IMG/VR virus record: IMGVR_UViG_3300011115_000716
Span: 26,053 to 90,052 of that record
Length of the DNA: 64,000 nt
Reading direction: 5' to 3' (one strand)
Source of the DNA: a virus
The notes beneath the pieces are model-generated. The model was not told where the DNA came from and did not search any database. It saw only the letters and a list, made by a program, of their open reading frames with translations. The translations under genes were made by a program, and so were the position numbers. Shown here piece after piece: positions 9,255 through 18,064 of this stretch (positions are counted from its first letter, which is position 1; the number at the start of each line of letters is the position of its first letter).

Positions 9255-9535
9255 TGGCAGAGACCAAGAAATTTGGCCCATACAAGGGCTCTAAGGCTAA
9301 TGGAGGCCGTCCTATCTATGTCTATAAGACTAAGGGCAAAGACGGTAAATGGCACACTACAAGCAAAAATAAAGCTCGTGCTGAGTATGAAGAGAAAAAC
9401 GGCAAATTACCCCGTAATGTTGACGTAGACCACAAAAATAATAAACATGCTGATGACCGTAAATCTAATCTGCGTCCTTTGAAGCATGGAAAGAACACCG
9501 CTAAAGAAAACAAGCGGAGAGCGGGAAAGAAATAA
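9254..9535 (+). CDS. small basic HNH-like protein
   Basis: 'DVDHKNNKHADDRKSNLRPL...N'. Confidence 0.7.
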   Translation: MAETKKFGPYKGSKANGGRPIYVYKTKGKDGKWHTTSKNKARAEYEEKNGKLPRNVDVDHKNNKHADDRKSNLRPLKHGKNTAKENKRRAGKK

Positions 9536-9798
9536 TGGCTAAAAATCCAAAAGAACTACGTAAGGTAGAAAAAACTGGAGCGGCTAGAGTTCGTGCCGCG
9601 GATAAAAACAAAGACCCACGTAAAGTTCCAGGGATGAAAGCTTATAAAGCGGTATCTAATAAGCCTGGTAAAAAGGGATTAAAGTATGACACCGCTCTTA
9701 TGAAGGGTCAAGATAAAGAAATTGCTAAGACATCAAAACGTACAGGGCCCTTCTCTTCTCCTGTAGCTAAAAAGAAAACTGTTCCAGGAAAGAAATAA
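9535..9798 (+). CDS. small Lys-rich protein
   Basis: TAATG-coupled; high K content. Confidence 0.7.
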   Translation: MAKNPKELRKVEKTGAARVRAADKNKDPRKVPGMKAYKAVSNKPGKKGLKYDTALMKGQDKEIAKTSKRTGPFSSPVAKKKTVPGKK

Positions 9799-10373
9799 TG
9801 TCTAGACAACCTAATCAAGCAGATAGAGATTTCTTAAATGTAGTGGGCACTAAGTTAGACACAGCTAAAGGCGATAGGCAACTAACCTCTGGTATGCCTA
9901 ACCCAAACAGGACACCAATTACTCGAAAAGGACTAGCTAAAGTCTATACCCGTTTTGCTGGAGCAAACCATGGAACTGACCTTGCTTTGCAGAAAACTGC
10001 TGAAATGCTTGGTGGAGAAGACAAGATTCATGAGGCTCAGCAAAGGAGTGCTCAAAGCAAAGAAGCTTTAAGAAAAAGCATTGATACTTGGAGAGCTAGT
10101 GGAGGAGACTCTGGTCCAGTATCACGTGTTTTACGTAGAGCTGTTGGACTTCCTGCTTCTAGACTTGAGGCTGCAGCACGAGAAGGTGTGGTTCAAGGAT
10201 ATCAAGGAACTGCCGGATTCATGGAGGATGCTGCCCGTGCGGGCAGTAGTGACGCCGTGATTATAGGAAACCTACGTCCTGAGCAATTTGAAGAGACAGT
10301 AAACAAGCAACGTGGTAGATTTAAACTAGCTAAAGAGCAGGCCATTGGTCCTGACGGTAAAAGGAACAGATAA
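9798..10373 (+). CDS. hypothetical protein
   Basis: 191-aa ORF, TAATG-coupled. Confidence 0.7.
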   Translation: MSRQPNQADRDFLNVVGTKLDTAKGDRQLTSGMPNPNRTPITRKGLAKVYTRFAGANHGTDLALQKTAEMLGGEDKIHEAQQRSAQSKEALRKSIDTWRASGGDSGPVSRVLRRAVGLPASRLEAAAREGVVQGYQGTAGFMEDAARAGSSDAVIIGNLRPEQFEETVNKQRGRFKLAKEQAIGPDGKRNR

Positions 10374-10432
10374 TGAACGAATGTAAATGCGGCAACTGCG
10401 GTTGCGGAAAGAAGGAACCAAATGGCAACTAA
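10373..10432 (+). CDS. 19-aa Cys-rich peptide MNECKCGNCGCGKKEPNGN
   Basis: TAATG coupling with AAGGA SD; fills the gap between two genes. Confidence 0.55.
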   Translation: MNECKCGNCGCGKKEPNGN

Positions 10433-10676
10433 GAAGTGTGGCTGTGGTAAGTGTGCAGCATGTAAGAAGTCTAAGATGGGCAAGAAGATGCCTCCTTGGA
10501 TTGGTTCTAAAGAAGACAAGAAGCAAGATAAGAAGCTTGAAAAGGGTATGACCCCTGCTCAGAAGAAGCGTTTTGAAGCTGCTGACAAGAAGATGGACGC
10601 TAAGAAGCCTTCTAAGAAGGAAGACATCAAGAAGGACAAGGCTCTAGCAGCTCGTATTAAAGGAAAGAAGAAGTAA
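10422..10676 (+). CDS. Lys-rich protein with N-terminal CxCxxCxxC
   Basis: MATKKCGCGKCAACKK...; AAGGA SD. Confidence 0.75.
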   Translation: MATKKCGCGKCAACKKSKMGKKMPPWIGSKEDKKQDKKLEKGMTPAQKKRFEAADKKMDAKKPSKKEDIKKDKALAARIKGKKK

Positions 10677-10678
10677 AA

Positions 10679-10852
10679 ATGGCTCGTAAACCTATAAAAG
10701 TAAAAGAAGAAAAAAATCGCCCTATTACTCCAGCGTTACGGGCTAAAGCAGCTAAGGTAGCTGGCCCTATAGCTAAAAAGGGGACAGTGCTACCTAAAAG
10801 CACTGCACAAAGAATTGCTAAGGCAGCTGGTCCGTCTTTTAAGAAAAAGTAA
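10679..10852 (+). CDS. small basic protein (57 aa)
   Basis: MARKPIKVKEEK...AGPSFKKK; below the ORF-track cutoff. Confidence 0.7.
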   Translation: MARKPIKVKEEKNRPITPALRAKAAKVAGPIAKKGTVLPKSTAQRIAKAAGPSFKKK

Positions 10853-10865
10853 TTCCAACACAAAC

Positions 10866-10896
10866 AAACCCCTTGCATTGCAGGGGGTTTTTTGTT
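10866..10896 (+). terminator. intrinsic terminator ending the basic-protein operon
   Basis: AAACCCCTTGC-ATT-GCAGGGGGTTT-TTTGTT. Confidence 0.85.
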
Positions 10897-10907
10897 ATTG
10901 TGGACCC
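10873..10907 (+). promoter_or_regulatory. sigma70/SigA-type promoter embedded in the terminator; leaderless
   Basis: TTGCAT-17 nt-TATTGT with extended TGn; ATG 6 nt downstream at 10908. Confidence 0.65.
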
Positions 10908-11282
10908 ATGAAGAAACCAAAAAAGGTACTACATCGGCTATCTGAATTAGACATAGATTTAATGATGGGTTGGTGTGCTGGCTGTGAGACTTTAGTTAAA
11001 ATCATTAAAGATAAGATATACAACGGTGAGCAGCTGTATCGGTGTAAAAACAGGCATAGGGAGACTACTGATGCCTCTAAAAAACCTTATAAAAAGCATA
11101 AAAAGACTATATGTGAACATCCTGACTGTACAGCCAATATCCTCTATTCCTGCCAGTTAACGGTTGACCATATTGATGGAAACCGCCATAATAACGAGTT
11201 GTCTAATTTGATGACCCTATGCCATAACTGTCATGCTCTTAAATCTTTTCGTAGCAACGACTACTTAAATAAATACGATTAG
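10908..11282 (+). CDS. HNH endonuclease (Zn-binding, homing-type)
   Basis: 'LTVDHIDGNRHNNELSNLMTLCHNCH'; start at 10908 fits the leaderless promoter. Confidence 0.85.
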   Translation: MKKPKKVLHRLSELDIDLMMGWCAGCETLVKIIKDKIYNGEQLYRCKNRHRETTDASKKPYKKHKKTICEHPDCTANILYSCQLTVDHIDGNRHNNELSNLMTLCHNCHALKSFRSNDYLNKYD

Positions 11283-11376
11283 CCTTTAATTTCCCTTAAA
11301 ATTCCCTATCCTTAACTTGTAGCTGTTCGTGCGAGCAGTTGCCTACTTTTTGTAGAACCTGCGCCTTTATAAGGAT

Positions 11377-11589
11377 ATGCGAATGTCTGAAAAGAACTTC
11401 AACCCTTGGTGGAAACACGTAAACGATTATCAGCAATTTGATGAACGTGAAGAGTTTCTCCGTGGAGCGATGGGCTATAGACCTAACAATAAGCAAGATG
11501 CTATGTTAAGCCTCTTACTTGCGGGTTATACAAATCAGAAATTCGATATTCCTAGGTCGATAGGTTCTAAAAATGATAATAGACCCTGA
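11377..11589 (+). CDS. hypothetical protein
   Basis: AAGGA SD; first gene of the tail operon. Confidence 0.6.
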   Translation: MRMSEKNFNPWWKHVNDYQQFDEREEFLRGAMGYRPNNKQDAMLSLLLAGYTNQKFDIPRSIGSKNDNRP

Positions 11590-11878
11590 AGCTTATGATA
11601 ACGCTCTTCGTGACACTGCTGGAAATATGACAGCAGAGTTACGTAAAGATGCTATAGACCACGGCTGGCACCAAGATGTTGTAAATAACATGCGTGTCGA
11701 GTACAGTGACGAAGCAGGGTTTAAAGTTAAAATCCACCCTGATTATCACGACCGTGCGTTTAAGCATGAATACGGTCAACCAGGCACGCAGCCCACTGCC
11801 GTTATTCGCAAGTTTCGTAATAGAGACACCGAATCTGATAAAGATTTTATTAAACACTTAGATAAGCATTCAGGATAA
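11573..11878 (+). CDS. putative neck/tail-completion protein (HK97-gp10-like)
   Basis: 'A..HEYG......P.AVIRKF' motif and position. Confidence 0.45.
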   Translation: MIIDPEAYDNALRDTAGNMTAELRKDAIDHGWHQDVVNNMRVEYSDEAGFKVKIHPDYHDRAFKHEYGQPGTQPTAVIRKFRNRDTESDKDFIKHLDKHSG

Positions 11879-11880
11879 AT

Positions 11881-12546
11881 ATGGCTTTTTTGTTGGGTGA
11901 GGATAAAGCTCTGAGGGAACGCCTTCAGGGCATAGTTGTGCACGACCAAAAAGCTGATGCTACTAGCACTCCTCGTCAAGTTAGTGTTTTCTTTGGCCAG
12001 CCTGACCAAGAAATTAGGTCTCAGGTCTACCCGTATATAACAATAGATTTAATTGATATTAACAGAGATATGGAACGAGAAATGCGTGGTAAAACCGACG
12101 CAGACTACTTAGTTCCAGATAACGTTACTATTAGTTCTGGACAGTCTTTTGAAACAGACTTGCCAATTCCAGTTACTCTTGACTACCAGATTACTGCTTA
12201 TTCACGTAATCCACAGCACGATAGAACTCTTATGGCACAGCTTCTACATTCAAAACTTCCTTTTAGATTTGGCTACCTAGAAATAGTGGAAAAGAGTGTG
12301 ACCGTAGGTCAGACTACTACAAACACTAATACTATGCGTCGCCTAGATGTTCTGGATGTCTCCAAACGCGATATGACTGAATCGGGTAAGAGACTATTCA
12401 TGAATGCTGTAACTGTTCGTGTCTCGAGTGAAATACCTCAAGATACTTACAGAAAACTAATCGGTGTACAACAGGCAGTTATACGCGTTACAACAAAGCC
12501 TGACGTTTCAACTCAAATTACTGAGACTTTTACAAAAACTGTATAA
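11881..12546 (+). CDS. putative tail terminator / sheath stabiliser
   Basis: 'YPYITIDL...P.PVTLDYQIT'; directly upstream of the sheath gene. Confidence 0.55.
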   Translation: MAFLLGEDKALRERLQGIVVHDQKADATSTPRQVSVFFGQPDQEIRSQVYPYITIDLIDINRDMEREMRGKTDADYLVPDNVTISSGQSFETDLPIPVTLDYQITAYSRNPQHDRTLMAQLLHSKLPFRFGYLEIVEKSVTVGQTTTNTNTMRRLDVLDVSKRDMTESGKRLFMNAVTVRVSSEIPQDTYRKLIGVQQAVIRVTTKPDVSTQITETFTKTV

Positions 12547-12586
12547 TCTGGAAACCTCCGAAAAACTAACTAACCAAGGAGTCTAA

Positions 12587-14167
12587 ATGACTGTGTATAA
12601 CCACCCTGGAGTTTATATCAATGAACTTCCATTAACGGTAACCACCAACGCATTTGGCTATTCAGCTAATGCCTCCGGTGCTATCGTGGCTCAATTTGCA
12701 AAGGGCCCAACAACAATTACCCGAGTTACTTCTTACTCTCAATTTGAAGATAAATTTGGTAGCATAAATGGTAGCTATCCTGCTACCTACAGCGTAAAGA
12801 TGTTCTTCAACAATGGTGGAACAGACCTTTACGTTCGTCGTGTAGTCGCTTCAGATGCTCCACAAGCAACTGTTGCCTTGTACGATACCGCTGGAACTCC
12901 TGTAAAGATTGCTGATATTCAGGCAAAGTACAAAGGTAATGACGGCGTGTCTCTACGTATTAAGGTAGATAACAAAACTACTATTAATGGAAAAGACTAC
13001 TACGACTTCCATGTATACTTTGACGATGGTGACAGTGACTACATAAGCAGTAGTTTTACTCAGTCTAGAGCATCTCTAAACACTGAAATTGAGCGCTTTA
13101 ACTCAGTTAGCTTTGACCAGCCTGATTCAAGTAGCTACATTAAGACTGTTCTTGCTTTGTCCTCAACTAAGGTTCAAGTTAATGGAGCTGTAACTACTCC
13201 TACTGCTACAATAAACTCTACCTACTTGCCATTGACAGGTACACTAAGCACTGCTGCTCTTGTTAAGGCTGACTATACTGGTGACACTGGAAGCTTAGCA
13301 ACAGTTGCTTCTTACACTGTTCTAAACGAGTACAATGTTGTTGACTGTCCACTTGTATTTTTCCTTCCAGATGTGCCTAAGTTTCTCAGTTCTTCGGATG
13401 CTCAAAGTGTATTTAACGCCACTATTTCATGGGCTGAAGTAAACACAAGCCGTTTTGTAGTGCTAGATACTCCGGCAGAATTGAGTGTTGCAGGTGCTGG
13501 AACTTTTGCTAGTTCTTTGAGCGTATCAAGTCGTGCGGCAGTTTACTACCCACATGTGTACATCAAAGATACTTCAATTAGCGGTAGCCCACTTCGTAAG
13601 ATTGGTCCAGCTGGTGCTGTTGCAGGTTTATATCTGTTTACTGACCGAAAGTCTGGTCCTTACAAGACTCCTGCCGGTATTGGAGCTAAGATTCAAGATG
13701 CACTTGCTATTGAAAAGCTACTTACCAATGATGACCTAGACACTCTAAACAACACTACCTATCCATTGAACGCTATTCGTAACGTTCCTGGTGCTGGAAT
13801 TGTTGTAATGGGTGGACGTACTCTAAAGCAGGATGGAACCGCTAACCGCTACATTGCAATGCGTCGTTCTCTAACCTACATCGAAAAGAGTTTGTCAGAC
13901 CTTACTCAGTTTGCTGTATTTGAAAGCAACAGTGAGATTCTATGGTCTCGCATTACAACTGCTCTAGCTGCGTTCTTAAACACATATCGCAATCAGGGCG
14001 GTCTTCGTGGCGCAACACCAGAAGATGCTTTCTTTGTAAAGTGTGACTCAACTAACAACTCAACTCAATCAATTGCTAACGGAATTGTTAACATTGATGT
14101 TGGTGTTGCTCTTGAGTACCCAGGTGAGTTTGTAATCATCAACCTAAGCCAAATCGTCGGCCAGTAA
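12587..14167 (+). CDS. contractile tail sheath protein
   Basis: 'HPGVYINE', 'GP....VTSY..F...FG', 'GGRTL', 'RYI..RR', 'FE.N...LW', 'P.EFVII'. Confidence 0.95.
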   Translation: MTVYNHPGVYINELPLTVTTNAFGYSANASGAIVAQFAKGPTTITRVTSYSQFEDKFGSINGSYPATYSVKMFFNNGGTDLYVRRVVASDAPQATVALYDTAGTPVKIADIQAKYKGNDGVSLRIKVDNKTTINGKDYYDFHVYFDDGDSDYISSSFTQSRASLNTEIERFNSVSFDQPDSSSYIKTVLALSSTKVQVNGAVTTPTATINSTYLPLTGTLSTAALVKADYTGDTGSLATVASYTVLNEYNVVDCPLVFFLPDVPKFLSSSDAQSVFNATISWAEVNTSRFVVLDTPAELSVAGAGTFASSLSVSSRAAVYYPHVYIKDTSISGSPLRKIGPAGAVAGLYLFTDRKSGPYKTPAGIGAKIQDALAIEKLLTNDDLDTLNNTTYPLNAIRNVPGAGIVVMGGRTLKQDGTANRYIAMRRSLTYIEKSLSDLTQFAVFESNSEILWSRITTALAAFLNTYRNQGGLRGATPEDAFFVKCDSTNNSTQSIANGIVNIDVGVALEYPGEFVIINLSQIVGQ

Positions 14168-14186
14168 TCTAAGGAGAAAATAAACC

Positions 14187-14816
14187 ATGGCTACAGTAAT
14201 CAATAACCGTTCCACACTTGAGACAGACCCAATCAGAAACTTTAGGTTTCTGGTTACCTTCAAGCCGCTAAACTCTGGTGACGCTACCTGGCTTCCAGGT
14301 GGAGCAAACAAAGTCACCGTTGGATTCACCTCGGTTTCGGGATTGGCAGTAACTACTGACTCAATTCCTTACCGTGAAGGCGGGTACAACACCACTGTCC
14401 ACCAGATTCCTGGTCAGACAACTTTTGCACCTATCTCACTACAGCGTGGTGTCGTTCTCGGCACTAAGCAGCACTGGGACTGGATGCGTCAGTTGTTTGC
14501 AACAGTACAGGGGGGAACCAACCGTTCAAACCAAGCAACTAACTTCCGTTGTGATGTTGAGATTGCAGTGCTATCACACCCAATTGCAGGTTCAGGTGGA
14601 GCTAACACCGAACTAACAGGGGTTAACTACACTGACCACGTCTCAATGCGTTTTCAGGTTTACAATGCATGGCCAACCAACGTTGCATACTCTGACCTAA
14701 ACGCGGGTGACAACGCTATCTTTGTAGAGCAGATGACTCTAGTTCACGAAGGTTTCGATGTTAACTGGGCAACAGACCTAACAGCTAATGGTTCAGCAAA
14801 GCAATTTGCTAACTAA
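14187..14816 (+). CDS. tail tube protein (T4 gp19-like)
   Basis: 'DPIRNFRF', 'GF..VSGL', 'YREGG', 'I.LQRG', 'NAWP....SDLNA', 'LVHEG'. Confidence 0.93.
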   Translation: MATVINNRSTLETDPIRNFRFLVTFKPLNSGDATWLPGGANKVTVGFTSVSGLAVTTDSIPYREGGYNTTVHQIPGQTTFAPISLQRGVVLGTKQHWDWMRQLFATVQGGTNRSNQATNFRCDVEIAVLSHPIAGSGGANTELTGVNYTDHVSMRFQVYNAWPTNVAYSDLNAGDNAIFVEQMTLVHEGFDVNWATDLTANGSAKQFAN

Positions 14817-14843
14817 TTAAAAACTAAAACAGGAGAATAAATC

Positions 14844-15656
14844 GTGAACGAAAAAGTAACAGCCAACAACCCGGATTTGCTAAATCAACTCGCAAACCAG
14901 GCAATGTCGGAAGGTAAACAACAAGAAGTAGCCTTTTCGGAGATTACCTACCCTTCAGAGACTTTGGTGCTCCTTCCTGGCGGCTATATAAATGCCGCTA
15001 GGGAGGTCACCAAGACTGCTGAAGTTAGAGAACTAACTGGTAAAGATGAAGAATATATGGGTAAAGCACCTACTCTAGCTAAAGCTTTTAATGGGCTTTT
15101 GGAAAGAGCTGTGGTATCTATTGGTGATGAGCCAATAACTGCAGATATAGTAGACCAACTACTTGTTGGTGACCGCGATGCTTTGCTTTTAGGAATATAC
15201 AAAGTAACTTTTGGAACAACTGCAGAACTTCAGGGTTTTTGCAATGGCTGTTCTGAATATAAAGATGTAGAAATTGATGTGGATGAAGATATTAAAATAT
15301 CTACTTTAAAAAATCCAATTGATGACCGCATCTTTACTGTCCAGGGTAAAAAGCACAAATATCTTGTTACCCTACCCACTGGTACAACTCAGAAAACTCT
15401 GTTAAATAATTCAGATAAAACAATCCCAGAACTAACCACCCTGCTTCTAGAGCAGACAGTCTTAGAAATTGATGACAACCCAGTCATTAGTAAACTTCAA
15501 GCTCAAAATATTGGTTTGGCTGACCGCCGCAAGATTGGTGAGGAACTTGCAAAGCGTGCTCCTGGACCAAAGTTTAGCAATATTGAAGTAGACTGCCCTG
15601 ATTGTGAAGGAAAGGTAGTGGTCCCAATCAGTATTGGGGCTTTATTTCGCTTCTAA
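14844..15656 (+). CDS. tail assembly chaperone / baseplate hub assembly protein (two CxxC)
   Basis: 'VRELTGKDEE', 'LLVGDRD.LL', CNGC and CPDC; lies between tube and tape measure. Confidence 0.75.
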   Translation: MNEKVTANNPDLLNQLANQAMSEGKQQEVAFSEITYPSETLVLLPGGYINAAREVTKTAEVRELTGKDEEYMGKAPTLAKAFNGLLERAVVSIGDEPITADIVDQLLVGDRDALLLGIYKVTFGTTAELQGFCNGCSEYKDVEIDVDEDIKISTLKNPIDDRIFTVQGKKHKYLVTLPTGTTQKTLLNNSDKTIPELTTLLLEQTVLEIDDNPVISKLQAQNIGLADRRKIGEELAKRAPGPKFSNIEVDCPDCEGKVVVPISIGALFRF

Positions 15657-15813
15657 AGTTGCTAATTACAGGACGCTATTAGAGGAATGGGCCTTGATTT
15701 CAATTTCATTTACTGGATGGACTTTAAATGAAATTAAAGAGATAAGCCCAAGAGAAAGAACTAACTGGTTAGAGATGGCTAACTTTTTTGGAAAAGTAAA
15801 CAGAAAGCTATAG
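15646..15813 (+). CDS. frameshift extension of the tail chaperone (gpGT-like part), +1 frame
   Basis: FASKVANYRTLLEEWALISISFTGWTLNEIKEISPRERTNWLEM...; has the GW...EI...RER..W chaperone motif but no well-placed start; TTT-CGC at the end of the upstream ORF. Confidence 0.65.
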   Translation, partial: FASKVANYRTLLEEWALISISFTGWTLNEIKEISPRERTNWLEMANFFGKVNRKL

Positions 15814-15814
15814 T

Positions 15815-18064
15815 ATGAGTGATAAAGACCTTACTGGTAAAGATTTAGCAAAAAATCTCAGCTCCTCCAAGAAGGATGCTGCTGCAGTTGCTAAATCTGC
15901 TAAGGAGATTGAAAGCAGCCTATCTAGGGCAGCTAGGGCTATCTCTGGAGCATTTGGTAAGGGCGGCTTTATGGCCGGTGGTGGTACCGGTATTGGTATT
16001 GGTGGTGGTGGTGGTATCGGCGGGGGTATGCCAAAACAAGCTGATATGAACAGCAATAGCCTTCAGCGGCCTGGAATTGGTTTAACTGACTTTACTAACT
16101 TTGCTGGTGGTATGGCAAAGGGTCTTGGTAATTTCTTACCAGACGTTTCTTCTACAATTCAACGTGCTGGAAATTATTATAATGCCACAATTATGGGTGG
16201 CTATAGAGGCTCTCAAAAAATCTCACGGGGTGAAGTCGACGATAGAACTTATGGTGTATTAGCATCTATGGGGGGAATTACAAGCGCTGGTTCAAGTTCA
16301 AATGTGGCTAACATCTTTGCTAATCAAGGCATGGTTGCAACTAGTGGCACTTATATGCAAAATGTTCGTGGAGTAGGTAACGCGGCTAGATATTTAAACA
16401 TGTCTAATGAAAAAGCAGCTAATGCTATTGGTGGACTTGGTATGGGTGCAAGTTCTGCTAATATGATGAGAAACTTTGGTGTGTATACCACTGACCCAAC
16501 TACGGGTAAAGAACGTAGCATGAGTGAAATTTTTGAAGACCTTGCTGGAAGATTTACAAAACCTGGAGCCAATGCATCTTCTGAGGATGTTCAGAATTCC
16601 ATCCGTAAAGGTGCTCTTGGAGCTGCTATCTCTGCATCTGGACTGAGTGATGACCAACAAAGCTTATTTAAGCAGTACATGATTGACCGTGCTGGTGGGA
16701 ATAAGATGGATTTAAGTAGTCAATCCGCTATGAATAATTTAATGGGTAAAGCTGGAAAAATGGGAAATAGTAACCCATTAAATGCAATGATGGACCTTGA
16801 AACATCTGGAGAAGGTGCTCAAAAAAGTGCTACTGGTGCTTATACTCAAGGTATTGAAACTGCGGCTATAGCTTTAAAAGGTTTGGATGCAGTTGCTGGG
16901 GCGTTAGCCTCAAAGGTTGGTGCTTTTACTGCCGGACTACAACTTACTCTTGGCTCAAAAACTGGTAGCGGTCTTTTAGATATGGTTGGTGCTAGCCTTA
17001 ACTTAATTAGCAGTGGTATGGAAGCTGCTGAATCTGCTGACCCAACAGGTTTATCAAGAGTTTTTGCTGGCAACGCTGCGATTTCCACTGGAACAGCTGG
17101 GTTACTTGTACCGGCTTCTTTGGCAATAACTGGTGCTGGAGCTGGTGCTCTTGGTGTTACTGGCGCAAGTGATGCTAAGGGTGGTGGTGACGATGAAAAA
17201 CCAAATCCTCTTGCAAATCTAAGTGATGCTGGGTTTACTATTGGTGGAACTGAAAAGACCGTTGTTGGCCAGCCTATCGAAGGTGCGCTTAAAGTTAGTG
17301 GTTACAAATTTGGTGACCCAGTAACTGTTGGAGAACAAAAAGGTAAGCCACATTCAGGTATTGATTACGCAGCAACTACTGATACAAGAGTATACGCTGT
17401 TGCAGACGGAACTCTAAGAAACGTGGTTAGAGGTATAGAGACAACCGATACATGGGGCAAGACTGGAAATGGTAATTATGTGTGTATTGACCATGGAATG
17501 GGTAAGAATAAGCTGAATTTATTTAGTTATTATAAGCATTTAAGTAAAGTTAACCCAGCACTTAAACAAGGTAAACCTATTAAAAAAGGAACTTGGTTAG
17601 GTAATGCTGGTGAGACTGGAGATGCCGACGGTGTTCATTTGCACTACCAAGTAGTAGAGGGCAATATAAATGTCGACCCTAAACTTTTGTCAGCCAAATT
17701 AGGTAATAAGGCTGGAACCAAAGTTAAAATGGAAATGTCTGATAACACCACGTCTATGTTTAATGCCGCTATGGGAATGCTTCAAAACGGAGATATAAAC
17801 ACCCTAGCTTCTGCAGTTCTTGGTTCAAGTAGTTCTACTACTGGTTTTTCTCTTAACTCCACTTCTCCCGCAAATGCATATGCTAATGCTGGTGATACAG
17901 GTACTGGAGGTACTAGTGGTTCTGGAGGCAATGTAACTAACAACGTTGGCGGAATTACTGTAAACATTAAAGATGCTAGTCCTGAGTCCGCTAAAAAGTT
18001 TGCGGAAATTGTTCAAGAATATTTAAATAGTCAAACTTTGACTTCTAATCTTGGGAGCCTATAA
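15815..18064 (+). CDS. tape measure protein with an M23 peptidase domain
   Basis: Gly/Ala-rich helical region, then HSGIDY...GNYV.IDH...Y.HL...HLHY. Confidence 0.85.
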   Translation: MSDKDLTGKDLAKNLSSSKKDAAAVAKSAKEIESSLSRAARAISGAFGKGGFMAGGGTGIGIGGGGGIGGGMPKQADMNSNSLQRPGIGLTDFTNFAGGMAKGLGNFLPDVSSTIQRAGNYYNATIMGGYRGSQKISRGEVDDRTYGVLASMGGITSAGSSSNVANIFANQGMVATSGTYMQNVRGVGNAARYLNMSNEKAANAIGGLGMGASSANMMRNFGVYTTDPTTGKERSMSEIFEDLAGRFTKPGANASSEDVQNSIRKGALGAAISASGLSDDQQSLFKQYMIDRAGGNKMDLSSQSAMNNLMGKAGKMGNSNPLNAMMDLETSGEGAQKSATGAYTQGIETAAIALKGLDAVAGALASKVGAFTAGLQLTLGSKTGSGLLDMVGASLNLISSGMEAAESADPTGLSRVFAGNAAISTGTAGLLVPASLAITGAGAGALGVTGASDAKGGGDDEKPNPLANLSDAGFTIGGTEKTVVGQPIEGALKVSGYKFGDPVTVGEQKGKPHSGIDYAATTDTRVYAVADGTLRNVVRGIETTDTWGKTGNGNYVCIDHGMGKNKLNLFSYYKHLSKVNPALKQGKPIKKGTWLGNAGETGDADGVHLHYQVVEGNINVDPKLLSAKLGNKAGTKVKMEMSDNTTSMFNAAMGMLQNGDINTLASAVLGSSSSTTGFSLNSTSPANAYANAGDTGTGGTSGSGGNVTNNVGGITVNIKDASPESAKKFAEIVQEYLNSQTLTSNLGSL

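Noticed and set aside
10815-10907. ORF-track N-terminal extension of the HNH gene
   Set aside because: It runs through a terminator and overlaps the upstream gene; ATG 10908 fits a leaderless promoter.
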